Notes under the pieces: generated by a model | What the model was told of the DNA's origin: nothing | Seen by the model: only the letters and a program-made list of their open reading frames with translations | The model's database searches: none | Made by a program: the position numbers and the translations under genes | Shown here: positions 35,489 through 44,631 of the stretch, in pieces | Layout of the letters: the number at the start of each line of letters is the position of its first letter | Numbering within the stretch: position 1 is the stretch's first letter | Source: Acidimicrobiia bacterium | Lineage (GTDB): Bacteria > Actinomycetota > Acidimicrobiia > Spongiisociales > ZC4RG35 | Assembly: GCA_040880725.1 (NCBI GenBank) | Contig: JBBDHV010000031.1 | Coordinates: 9,652-73,651, forward strand | Reading direction: 5' to 3' | DNA: 64,000 bases

Positions 35489-36012
35489 GTGCTCAGTTCC
35501 CTCCTCATTGACAGGTGTCCCCGATGGATCAGGGAGCGGACGGTGGGTGGACGTACGTGCATCACCTCGGCGATCTCGTCGACTGACAGATCGGCGTAAT
35601 AGCGCAGGACAAGGGCAGTTCGTCGCTTGACCGGGATTCGTGACAAGGCAATCCAGACTTGGTCGAGCTCCGGCGGGAGGTCGGCGGTGGAAGCGTCCAT
35701 CGGATGCCTTGCTTCGAGGACGCGGCGCCTCACGACCGACCTCGACCGGTTGACGACCGCTCGATACAAGTAGCCGTGGTGGTCGTCGATCCGGTCCCAC
35801 CTTCGGTAGGCAGCCACGAACACGTCGTGCACCACGTCCTCGGCCGCTGAGTTGGAACTCGTGATCAGGTGAGCCAGCCGCACCAAACGGGGCAGCGCGG
35901 ACTCGTAGACCTCTCGGAACCCGCCGACAGTCTGCTCAGCGTCGAACCCGTCGCCGATCCATGGCGAGGCTGGAGTCGCCGCCTTTTTCGTGCTCATACC
36001 CTCACGACGCAC
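35485..36012 (-). CDS. ECF-type sigma-70 family sigma factor
   Basis: Region 2 AEDVVHDVFVAAYRRW...YLYRAVVNR. Region 4 RTALVLRYYADLSVDEIAEVMHVRPPTVRSLIHRG. Confidence 0.85.
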   Translation of the reverse strand: MRREGMSTKKAATPASPWIGDGFDAEQTVGGFREVYESALPRLVRLAHLITSSNSAAEDVVHDVFVAAYRRWDRIDDHHGYLYRAVVNRSRSVVRRRVLEARHPMDASTADLPPELDQVWIALSRIPVKRRTALVLRYYADLSVDEIAEVMHVRPPTVRSLIHRGHLSMRRELST

Positions 36013-36120
36013 AAGTCATCGAGAATGTTGCAGGCAGTTTCCAAGCAGCAGCACGAATCCAGGGAATCAGCGCCTCTCAGGTCACCCGCACTCGCTCTCC
36101 GTTTGAACTCGGCCACGACA

Positions 36121-36537
36121 TCATTGGTGGTGTCTGCGCGTGTCGTGCCGGTGTGACCCGTGGGCTTTCCACAGCAGGTAGATCGCCGGTAGCTGCGTGA
36201 CGCCGTATGCGAAATGGGCGAGGTGGTGGCCGAGACTCTGGTCAGGCACGAAAGGCCACACGGGAAGCGGGACGATGCTGAGGATGGCGCCGACCAGGAG
36301 GTTGATGCCGATCCAGACGAGGGTGGCCCACCACAGTGTTCGGCTCCGGTCGAACCACCACCAGCCCATGAGCGCGATGGTGGGCAGGACTGCACTGGCG
36401 GTCTCGGGCGACGCGGTTCCCATTCCCTCGGTCACGTTGTGAAACCAGGCTCCGACCGCGGCGATCGCCAGGGCACCGACCATCGATTCACGTCGTGCCG
36501 TCATCGGCACTTTCTCCAGTGCGGCGGGATGAGACAT
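36121..36537 (-). CDS. Small polytopic membrane protein of unknown function
   Basis: Terminal 138 aa of ORF 36121..37026, with 3-4 hydrophobic segments (LAIAAVGAWF, LPTIALMGWWWF, LVWIGINLLVGAILSIV). The upstream part of the ORF is antisense to the hydrolase gene. Confidence 0.45.
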   Translation of the reverse strand: MSHPAALEKVPMTARRESMVGALAIAAVGAWFHNVTEGMGTASPETASAVLPTIALMGWWWFDRSRTLWWATLVWIGINLLVGAILSIVPLPVWPFVPDQSLGHHLAHFAYGVTQLPAIYLLWKAHGSHRHDTRRHHQ

Positions 36538-36633
36538 GGCGTTGTTCCAGAGATCGACGAGTGAGCGGTCGAGGCCCGTTCTCGGCCCCCCTCGTATGGT
36601 GGCACTCACGACACACGACATGTGGGAGAGCGG

Positions 36634-37464
36634 ATGAGCAGCCAGCGCACGCATCACGGGACTTCCACCGACGGCGTCAGCATCGGCGGGACCGTGCACG
36701 GCCAAGGGCCGCCGCTCGTGTTCTGGCACGGTGCCTATGGCGATGGCGACCTTGATTGGCAGGCCCTGCTGCCGCATCTCACAGACCGGTTCACGTGCCA
36801 TTTGCCGAGTTGGCGAGGCCGTGGCCTCAGTGGCGACCATCCCGACCTCAGCTACGGCCGGCGCGTCGACGACGTCCTCGCCTACGTCGACAGTCTCGAG
36901 GAACCGACTGGACTCGTGGCCTGGTCCGGCGGTGCCAGCCCGGCTCTTGCCGCCGCGGCCCAGTCCGATGCGGTGAACGCCGTGGCCCCTTTCGAGCCCA
37001 CGATGGGAACCGTGATGGACGAGCACGACGGCGCGGCCATGCGCGTCGCCGTCGCCACCATGGGCGAACTGGCCGCACAGGGCAGGTTGACGGATGCACT
37101 ACGCGCGGCCGCCGACTTTCCCTTCACCGACGAGGAGGTCGGCGTGGCCGAGGACACCGGCTACTTCGCGGCCGCGGGGCGCTACGTCCCGAACCTGCTC
37201 GACGCCTTTCGGCAATTGATGGACTACGAAGGCCCGGTCGCCGATGATCCTTCCGTGCTGGCCACGATCTCGGCGCCCGTGCTCGTGCTGCACGGGGCGG
37301 AGACGAAGCCTTTCTGGATCCGGAGCGCGCGACACGTCGCTGACCACGTCCCCAACGGTCGGATACAGGAGATCCCCACCGCCGGGCACGCCGCCCCGCT
37401 GACCCATCCCGAGGCGCTCGCCGGAGCACTCACCGAGTTCTTCATGGTCGGCCGGGGAGGGTGA
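36634..37464 (+). CDS. Alpha/beta-fold hydrolase (paralog B)
   Basis: MSSQRTHHGTSTDGVSIGGTVHGQGPPLVFWHG..., elbow AWSGGAS, LVLHGAETK, TAGHAAPLTHP. Collinear with 27452..28276, including about 40 nt of upstream sequence. Confidence 0.8.
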   Translation: MSSQRTHHGTSTDGVSIGGTVHGQGPPLVFWHGAYGDGDLDWQALLPHLTDRFTCHLPSWRGRGLSGDHPDLSYGRRVDDVLAYVDSLEEPTGLVAWSGGASPALAAAAQSDAVNAVAPFEPTMGTVMDEHDGAAMRVAVATMGELAAQGRLTDALRAAADFPFTDEEVGVAEDTGYFAAAGRYVPNLLDAFRQLMDYEGPVADDPSVLATISAPVLVLHGAETKPFWIRSARHVADHVPNGRIQEIPTAGHAAPLTHPEALAGALTEFFMVGRGG

Positions 37465-37533
37465 CGACGACCACGGGCATCTGGTTCGTTCCGGCGACGC
37501 GGTTCGCACCCACGGTGGGAACTGTCCCGATGG

Positions 37534-38001
37534 ATGGCGTTCATGGTTGATCGCAGTTGGTTCACCGGGCGGCGGCTCATCATCGGTCTCGGCATCGTTC
37601 TGACGGCCAGTGTGTTGGCGGTGTGGGTCTGGTGGACTGCACCCGACCGTGAACTCGCCGCCACCCTCAACGAGGTGGAGTTGCCCGCCGGCCTGACGTA
37701 CCTCGGAGCCGAGCAGCAAGGGGATCGCATGTGCTTCTTCGACAACTGTCCTCGCCTCACCCGCTACTACGGGTCTGATCGCGAACCGACCGAGCTGTCT
37801 GCTCTCGTGCAGGACGAGTTGCCGGAACTCGAGGAGAGTTCCCCCCTGGGATCGGTGTGCTCCTACCGGCTCAGGGATCTGTCTGGCCGTGCGGTATTTC
37901 TCCTTGTCCGGGAGCCGATCTCGGAGATTCCTCCGGAGAACGAAAATGATTTGATCGAATCACGCCCGTCGACATTCCACACCAGTCTGTCCTCTACCTG
38001 A
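37534..38001 (+). CDS. Membrane-anchored hypothetical protein
   Basis: 155 aa. N-terminal TM LIIGLGIVLTASVLAVWVWW. No recognisable domain. Confidence 0.4.
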   Translation: MAFMVDRSWFTGRRLIIGLGIVLTASVLAVWVWWTAPDRELAATLNEVELPAGLTYLGAEQQGDRMCFFDNCPRLTRYYGSDREPTELSALVQDELPELEESSPLGSVCSYRLRDLSGRAVFLLVREPISEIPPENENDLIESRPSTFHTSLSST

Positions 38002-38039
38002 CGATCCGCGGCTGATCGCCATGGGGGCCACCGGCCGTC

Positions 38040-38405
38040 TCACACCGTCAGGCGAACGACCCAGCGATGCTTGCCGATCATCCGATCCCGGGTGAATCCC
38101 AACTCCTGATAGGTCGACAACGCCCCGTTGAAGAGGAATCCTGCCGGAACCGAACCTGCAGGCTCCGGGTAGCCTTGCACGACGCCCCCTCCCAAATCGG
38201 CGATCAGGGTCAGTGCTCCGGAGAGAGCGTCGCGGGACACGCCTTGGCGCCGGTGTCCTCGCCGGACGTAGAAGCAGGCGATCCGCCAGTCGCGCTGGGT
38301 CGTCACGGTCTTTTCGTATGCAGCCCTGCTCTTGATTCTCGGAAGTTCGTCGAAAGGTCCGAACTGGCACCATCCCACGCCCGGGCGGTCTTTCCACGAA
38401 CCCAA
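38040..38405 (-). CDS. GNAT-family N-acetyltransferase (short)
   Basis: WRIACFYVRRGHRRQGVSRDALSGAL...YQELGF fits the GNAT motif A region. Confidence 0.55.
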   Translation of the reverse strand: MGSWKDRPGVGWCQFGPFDELPRIKSRAAYEKTVTTQRDWRIACFYVRRGHRRQGVSRDALSGALTLIADLGGGVVQGYPEPAGSVPAGFLFNGALSTYQELGFTRDRMIGKHRWVVRLTV

Positions 38406-38522
38406 CTGGCTCGCCCCCGGTGAGCAAGCGTGCCTGTTTCGGATCTGTCCCGCCGGGGTAGTGCAACCTCGGGCATCCCGAAAGGACCGGGAAATGTCTC
38501 ATTGACCAAATTCGAGGATGAG

Positions 38523-40418
38523 ATGACCCCGACAAGCGGCATCAATCAACTTTCTGCACACGATTTGCACCTCTGGAACGAGGGCACCCACCACCGTGCC
38601 TACCGGATGCTCGGCGCGCACCTGCGACCCGACGGGTCCGGCGCGGACTTCGCCGTGTGGGCTCCCAGCGCTCGGTCGGTGTCGGTTGTCGGGGACTTCA
38701 ACGACTGGTCGCCACACTCGCTCGAGCCGACCGGATCCTCCGGCATCTGGGCGGGTTTCGTGGATGGGGCGACCAGGGGCCAGGTCTACAAGTATTCGAT
38801 CGAGACCCCCGCCGGTCAGGTCCTCGAGAAGGCCGATCCGTTTGGCTTCCTGCATGAGACGCCTCCGGCCACCGGATCGCGGATCTGGGACCTGGAGTAT
38901 GAGTGGGACGACGCCGCGTGGATGGACTCTCGCGCGGACCGGCAAAGACTGGACGCTCCCATCAGTGTCTATGAGGTGCACCTCGGGTCATGGATGCGCC
39001 GTCCCGAGGACGGCCGGTCGCTCGGTTATCGCGAGATTGCGCCGCACCTCGTGGACCACCTCATCGACAAGGGTTTCACTCATGTGGAGCTGCTTCCGAT
39101 CATGGAACATCCGTTCTATGGATCCTGGGGCTATCAGACGACGGGTCACTTTGCGCCGACGAGCCGCTACGGCACGCCCCAAGACTTCATGTTCCTCGTC
39201 GATCGCCTGCATCAGGCAGGCATCGGCGTCATCCTCGACTGGGTCCCGTCGCATTTTCCTGCTGACGCCCACGGGCTGGCCCTCTTCGACGGTACGCACC
39301 TGTTCGAACACGCTGACCCCAAACAGGGATTTCATCCCGATTGGCACTCGGCGATCTTCAATTACGGCCGGTCCGAGGTTGCCTCGTTTCTGATCTCGAG
39401 CGCCATGTTCTGGCTGGACCGCTATCACGTGGACGGAATCCGCGTCGATGCCGTCGCCTCGATGCTCTACCTGGACTATTCCCGCTCGGAGGGTGAGTGG
39501 GTGCCGAACGAGTTCGGTGGCAATGAGAATCTGGAGGCGATCGACTTCCTCCGTCGACTCAACGAGGCCGTATACGGCGAGTATCCCGACATCCAGATGA
39601 TCGCCGAGGAATCCACCTCGTGGCCGATGGTGTCGCGGCCCACCTTCCTCGGTGGACTGGGCTTTGGCATGAAGTGGGATATGGGTTGGATGCACGACAC
39701 CCTGTCGTACATCCAGCACGAGCCGATCCACCGGCGCTACCACCATCACGAGTTCACCTTCCGCATGGTGTACGCGTTCAGCGAGAACTTCATGCTTCCG
39801 CTCTCCCACGACGAGGTCGTGCACGGGAAGGGCTCTCTGATCGGGAAGATGCCGGGCGACGAGTGGCAGCAGTTCGCCAACCTGCGACTTCTGCTGGGGG
39901 TGATGTGGACACAGCCGGGCAAGAAGCTGCTGTTCATGGGCTCCGAGTTCGCCCAGTGGTCGGAGTGGAACCACGATGCCGGCCTCGACTGGCACCTGCT
40001 CGACGGTCTCCGTCATGCCGGGGTGGCGTCACTCGTCTCCGATCTCAACCGCGTCTACCGGGAGGTGCCCGCCCTGCACGGTGCAGACTGCGAGAGCGAC
40101 GGTTTCGAATGGATCGACGCCAACGACGCCGACGCCAGTGTCTTCACGTTCCTGCGCCGTTCCCGTGACGGGGACCTCGTGGTCGTCGCAGTCAACGCCA
40201 CCCCGATACCCCGCCACCAGTACCGCATCGGCATTCCGGAAACCGGGACCTGGGACGAGATCCTGAACACGGACGCTACGCAGTACGGGGGCAGCGGACA
40301 GGGGAACCTGGGATCAGTCGAGAGCGGGCCGTTGGCGCTTCCCCGCCACGGACGGCCGAACAGCCTCGATCTGGTGCTTCCGCCCCTGAGCGTGGTCGCC
40401 CTGCGGCGTCGGCGATGA
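38523..40418 (+). CDS. glgB: 1,4-alpha-glucan branching enzyme
   Basis: Start at [23 protein letters not shown]13 motifs [34 protein letters not shown]. Confidence 0.9.
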   Translation: MTPTSGINQLSAHDLHLWNEGTHHRAYRMLGAHLRPDGSGADFAVWAPSARSVSVVGDFNDWSPHSLEPTGSSGIWAGFVDGATRGQVYKYSIETPAGQVLEKADPFGFLHETPPATGSRIWDLEYEWDDAAWMDSRADRQRLDAPISVYEVHLGSWMRRPEDGRSLGYREIAPHLVDHLIDKGFTHVELLPIMEHPFYGSWGYQTTGHFAPTSRYGTPQDFMFLVDRLHQAGIGVILDWVPSHFPADAHGLALFDGTHLFEHADPKQGFHPDWHSAIFNYGRSEVASFLISSAMFWLDRYHVDGIRVDAVASMLYLDYSRSEGEWVPNEFGGNENLEAIDFLRRLNEAVYGEYPDIQMIAEESTSWPMVSRPTFLGGLGFGMKWDMGWMHDTLSYIQHEPIHRRYHHHEFTFRMVYAFSENFMLPLSHDEVVHGKGSLIGKMPGDEWQQFANLRLLLGVMWTQPGKKLLFMGSEFAQWSEWNHDAGLDWHLLDGLRHAGVASLVSDLNRVYREVPALHGADCESDGFEWIDANDADASVFTFLRRSRDGDLVVVAVNATPIPRHQYRIGIPETGTWDEILNTDATQYGGSGQGNLGSVESGPLALPRHGRPNSLDLVLPPLSVVALRRRR

Positions 40419-42226
40419 GACCAGGCGTGACGTGGTCCGCGGAACACAGCCGTGCTCGGGTGTGGGCTCCCCACGCCGACCGCGTGGAGTTGCAGTGGTC
40501 GACTGCCGCTCAGCTGACTCCCCTCGAACCGAAGGAACAGGGATGGTTCGAGGCGGACCTCGAAGACGTCGCCCCGGGTGACAGATATGTGGTCCGACTG
40601 GACGGCGGTGCGGGATTGCCTGATCCGGCCTCCCTCTCCCAGCCCGACGGCGTGCACGGGCCTTCCCAAGTCGTGGACTTGTCGCTCAACTGGACCGATG
40701 ACGAGTGGCGCAACCCGCCGTTGCACGAGCACGTCATCTACGAACTCCACGTGGGAACCTTCACCCCGGCCGGCACCTTCGATGGCGTCATCGACCGCCT
40801 GGCCCATCTCGTGGATCTCGGCGTGACGGCTGTCGAGCTCATGCCGGTGGCCCAGTTCCCGGGGACGCGGAACTGGGGGTACGACGGAGTGGACCTGTAC
40901 GCGGTCCAGAACTCATACGGAGGACCGCATGGCCTGGCCCGGTTGGTCGATGCCTGTCACGGCGCGGGCCTCGCAGTCATTCTCGACGTCGTGTACAACC
41001 ACCTCGGTCCGGAAGGCAACTACCTGCGACAGTTCGGGCCATACTTCACGGATCGCTATCAGACGCCGTGGGGTGAGGCGGTGAACCTGGACGGGCCCGG
41101 GTCCGATCATGTGCGTTCATTTCTCTTGGAGAACGCGCTGTTGTGGACCGAACAGTTCCATGTCGACGGACTCCGGCTGGATGCGGTGCATGCCATGTTC
41201 GACCGTTCTGCCCGGCCGTTCCTGCGCGAACTGGCGGACTCCGTGCATTCCCGCACCGAATCGCAGGACCGTCAGGTGTATCTGATCGCGGAGAGTTCGT
41301 CGAATGACCCCACCCTCGTGGAGGCACGCGCGGTCGGGGGCCAGGATCTGGCTGCCGCCTGGAACGACGACTTTCACCATGCCCTACACGTGACCCTGAC
41401 CGGCGAGACGGCTCGGTACTACGCCGACTTCGCTGATCCGGTCGAAGACCTCGCGACCGGGATCTCCGACGGCTACATCATCTCCGGCCGGTACTCGGCC
41501 TACCGGGGGCGGCGCCACGGTGCGTCGTCGCGGCACCTCCCACGCTCGTCGCTGGTGGTGTTCGCCCAGAACCACGACCAGATCGGCAACCGGGCCCAGG
41601 GCGAGCGCCTCTCGATCCTCGTCGACCCGGCCCGCCAGCGGTTTGCCGCCGCCGTCACCCTCCTTTCGCCGTGGGTGCCGATGCTGTTCCAGGGTGAGGA
41701 ATGGGGCGAGACGCGACCGTTCGCATACTTCATCGATCACGGCGACGACGCGCTGTCCCTGGCCGTGCGCCAGGGTCGGAGCCAAGAGTTCGCAGGATTC
41801 ATCGCACCCGGCGAGGAGGTCCCTGATCCTGCCGCTCCGTCCACTTTCGAAAACTCAAAACTCGACTGGGACTCGATCGCACATCAGGAGCACCGTCCCA
41901 CCCTGGAACTCCACAAGGCCTTGATCAGCGTGCGGCATCGGCACCATGCGCTGGCCGACCCCGACCCGGCGTCTCACACGGCTTCCCGGACCGGCTCGGT
42001 CATCACCGTCGAGTCGAGCGCAGGAAACCAACGTGTGGTGACCGTGTGCAACGCCGCGGCACAACGTGGGACGGGCCGCCTACCGCCCGGCAGGTGGCGC
42101 CGGCTCATCGACACCTCCGATCGGCAGTTTGGTGGCGGTGGGTCGCGGACACCGGCGAGCTGTGACGGAGGCGAGTTCGATCTAGACCCCTGGGGATGCG
42201 TTGCTTATGAGGAGACACACCCATGA
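40415..42226 (+). CDS. treZ: Malto-oligosyltrehalose trehalohydrolase
   Basis: 603 aa GH13: [50 protein letters not shown]. Confidence 0.9.
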   Translation: MRPGVTWSAEHSRARVWAPHADRVELQWSTAAQLTPLEPKEQGWFEADLEDVAPGDRYVVRLDGGAGLPDPASLSQPDGVHGPSQVVDLSLNWTDDEWRNPPLHEHVIYELHVGTFTPAGTFDGVIDRLAHLVDLGVTAVELMPVAQFPGTRNWGYDGVDLYAVQNSYGGPHGLARLVDACHGAGLAVILDVVYNHLGPEGNYLRQFGPYFTDRYQTPWGEAVNLDGPGSDHVRSFLLENALLWTEQFHVDGLRLDAVHAMFDRSARPFLRELADSVHSRTESQDRQVYLIAESSSNDPTLVEARAVGGQDLAAAWNDDFHHALHVTLTGETARYYADFADPVEDLATGISDGYIISGRYSAYRGRRHGASSRHLPRSSLVVFAQNHDQIGNRAQGERLSILVDPARQRFAAAVTLLSPWVPMLFQGEEWGETRPFAYFIDHGDDALSLAVRQGRSQEFAGFIAPGEEVPDPAAPSTFENSKLDWDSIAHQEHRPTLELHKALISVRHRHHALADPDPASHTASRTGSVITVESSAGNQRVVTVCNAAAQRGTGRLPPGRWRRLIDTSDRQFGGGGSRTPASCDGGEFDLDPWGCVAYEETHP

Positions 42227-44631
42227 AGCGGGCAATCTGCATTCACGGCCACTTCTATCAGCCCCCGCGGGAGAATCCCTGGCTGGAGGACATCGAACTT
42301 CAGGACTCTGCCTACCCGTATCACGACTGGAACGAACGGATCACTGCCGAGTGCTACGCCCCGAATGCCCGGAGTCGAATCGTCGACGAACAGGGGTTCA
42401 TTCTGCGGGTCGTCTCGAATTACGAGCGGATGAGCTTCAACTTCGGTCCCACGCTTCTGGCGTGGATGGAGCATGCCGCACCCGACGTGTACGCAGAGGT
42501 CATCGCGGCAGACGCCCGGGGTGCCGGCCACTTCGGCGGTCATGGGCCCGCCATTTCCCAGGTTTACGGGCACGTGATCATGCCCCTGGCGTCGCGTCGT
42601 GACAAGGAGACCCAGATCCGGTGGGGGATCGAGGACTTCCGGCACCGTTTCGGGCGCGACCCCGAAGGGATGTGGCTGCCCGAGACCGCCGTGGACCTGG
42701 AGACTCTCGATCTGATGGCTCAGCAAGGACTCGCGTTCACCATCCTCGAACCGAATCAGATCTCCGCCGTCAGGCCAGTCGGACTCGAGGACTGGTCCGA
42801 TGTCTCCGGGGGCCGAGTCGACCCGACGCGGCCGTATCTGGTCCGTCTCCCCGAGGGGCGGTCGATCGCGGTCTTCGTGTACGACGGACCTGTTTCCCAG
42901 GGCATCGCATTCGAAGGTCTTCTCGACGACGGTGACAAGTACGCGGACCGTCTCTTGGGGCTCTTCGGGGGCGATGATCACCCCCAACTGGTCAACGTCG
43001 CCACTGACGGCGAGACGTACGGGCATCATCAGGAACACGGCGACATGGCACTCGCTTGGGCCCTCGAACGCATCGACGCCGAACCGACGGTCGATTTGAC
43101 GGTTCATGGGCAATGGCTGGAGCTGCATCCACCCACCCACGAGGCCCTGATCGTCGAGAACACGGCTTGGAGCTGTGTGCATGGGGTGGACCGGTGGCGC
43201 ACCGACTGCGGCTGCTCATCGGGAATGCGGCCGGACTGGCACCAACGGTGGCGCGCCCCTCTGCGCGAGGCGCTCGATTGGTTACGGAGCGAACTGGACC
43301 CGGCCTTCGAGGCAGCCGGGTCCGAGGTCTTCGGTGACCCGTGGGACGCGCGCAATGCCTACATCGGACCCATCCTCGATCGGGCATCGACCGACGCCTT
43401 CCTCGAGACATGGATGGGGCGTGGTCCGGATCATGCGGAGGCGGTCAGGGCGCTCCGGCTGATGGAACTGCAGCGGCACGCCATGCTGATGTACACCTCC
43501 TGCGGCTGGTTCTTCGACGAGCTCTCCGGCATCGAAACCGTGCAGGTCATCGAGTATGCGGCCCGAGCCATCCAGCTCGCCAAGGAGGCACTCGATCTCG
43601 ATCTCGAAGAAGGTTTCGTCCGCCGTCTCTCCGCCGCCGAGAGCAACGTGGCCGAGCTGGGGGACGGAGGCGCAGTCTTCACGCGTCTCGTACGTCCGTC
43701 CCGCGTCACCTTGGCGGGCGTTGCCGCGCACTATGCGGTGACGTCGATGTTCGAAGACGTCGACGACGAAACCGAGGTTAGGGCTTTCGATCTGATCCGC
43801 ACCGACCATCGATTCGACGCGTCCGGGCCGTGGCAGCTGGGCGCCGGCCGGGTTGCGGTGTCTTCCCAGATCACCCGGGAACGAGCGGAGATGATCTACG
43901 GGGTTCTCCATTTCGGCGATCACAACCTGACAGGCGGCACCAAACCGGCGGGGCCTCCGCGCCGCTACAAAGAGCTGGTCGACAGGATCTTCGCCCCGTT
44001 CGAGCAAGGCGACCTCCCTGCCACTCTCCGGGAACTCGACTCGTTCTTCGGATCCCATCGCTACACACTGGCCAGCCTGTTCCGAGACGAACGGCAGACG
44101 ATCGTGAACCGGATCATCGAGGCGACAGTCGAAGACGTCGCCGAGCAGTCTCGGTCGGCCTACGAGGGCAGAGTTCCCCTGTTGCGGTTCCTGACGTCCC
44201 TTGGAGTGCCCCTGCCCGACGAATTGACGTCCACGGCCCGGATGGTTCTCAACCGCGACCTGTCCCAACGTCTCTCTGATCCTGATCTGGATCCCGGCCA
44301 GGTCGCGCGCTTGCTCGAAGACGCCGTCCAACTGGGGGTGTCACTCGATCGGGAGGGGCTTGGCTTCAAGCTCGCGAAGACCATCGAGAGCACGCTTGCC
44401 GAACTCGAGGAAGCCCCCGCCGACCTGTCCCTGGTCGGTCGGGCCACGGCGCTGGTCGAACTCTCCCAAAGGACGCAACTCGAGGTCGATCTGACCGCCT
44501 CCCAGGACATCTTCTTCCGCCTGAAGGAGGCCGTCTTCGCAGAGATGACCACCCGCACATCGGGTCGGGCGCGGCGCTGGGAGGCCGGCTTCCGGGAACT
44601 CGGCGCGGTGCTGAAGGTACGAGTCGACTGA
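42223..44631 (+). CDS. GH57-family glycoside hydrolase with C-terminal DUF3536-like region
   Basis: N-terminus ICIHGHFYQPPRENPW...WNERITAECY..., typical of GH57. 802 aa. Translationally coupled on both sides. Confidence 0.8.
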   Translation: MKRAICIHGHFYQPPRENPWLEDIELQDSAYPYHDWNERITAECYAPNARSRIVDEQGFILRVVSNYERMSFNFGPTLLAWMEHAAPDVYAEVIAADARGAGHFGGHGPAISQVYGHVIMPLASRRDKETQIRWGIEDFRHRFGRDPEGMWLPETAVDLETLDLMAQQGLAFTILEPNQISAVRPVGLEDWSDVSGGRVDPTRPYLVRLPEGRSIAVFVYDGPVSQGIAFEGLLDDGDKYADRLLGLFGGDDHPQLVNVATDGETYGHHQEHGDMALAWALERIDAEPTVDLTVHGQWLELHPPTHEALIVENTAWSCVHGVDRWRTDCGCSSGMRPDWHQRWRAPLREALDWLRSELDPAFEAAGSEVFGDPWDARNAYIGPILDRASTDAFLETWMGRGPDHAEAVRALRLMELQRHAMLMYTSCGWFFDELSGIETVQVIEYAARAIQLAKEALDLDLEEGFVRRLSAAESNVAELGDGGAVFTRLVRPSRVTLAGVAAHYAVTSMFEDVDDETEVRAFDLIRTDHRFDASGPWQLGAGRVAVSSQITRERAEMIYGVLHFGDHNLTGGTKPAGPPRRYKELVDRIFAPFEQGDLPATLRELDSFFGSHRYTLASLFRDERQTIVNRIIEATVEDVAEQSRSAYEGRVPLLRFLTSLGVPLPDELTSTARMVLNRDLSQRLSDPDLDPGQVARLLEDAVQLGVSLDREGLGFKLAKTIESTLAELEEAPADLSLVGRATALVELSQRTQLEVDLTASQDIFFRLKEAVFAEMTTRTSGRARRWEAGFRELGAVLKVRVD

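Larger units (their letters stand above)
32676..38030. mobile_element. Decayed island B (right boundary not defined)
   Basis: Starts at DR2 and repeats module A components (relE, fic and doc sequences, hydrolase paralog). No third DR was found; glgB at 38.5 kb is presumed core. Confidence 0.4.
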
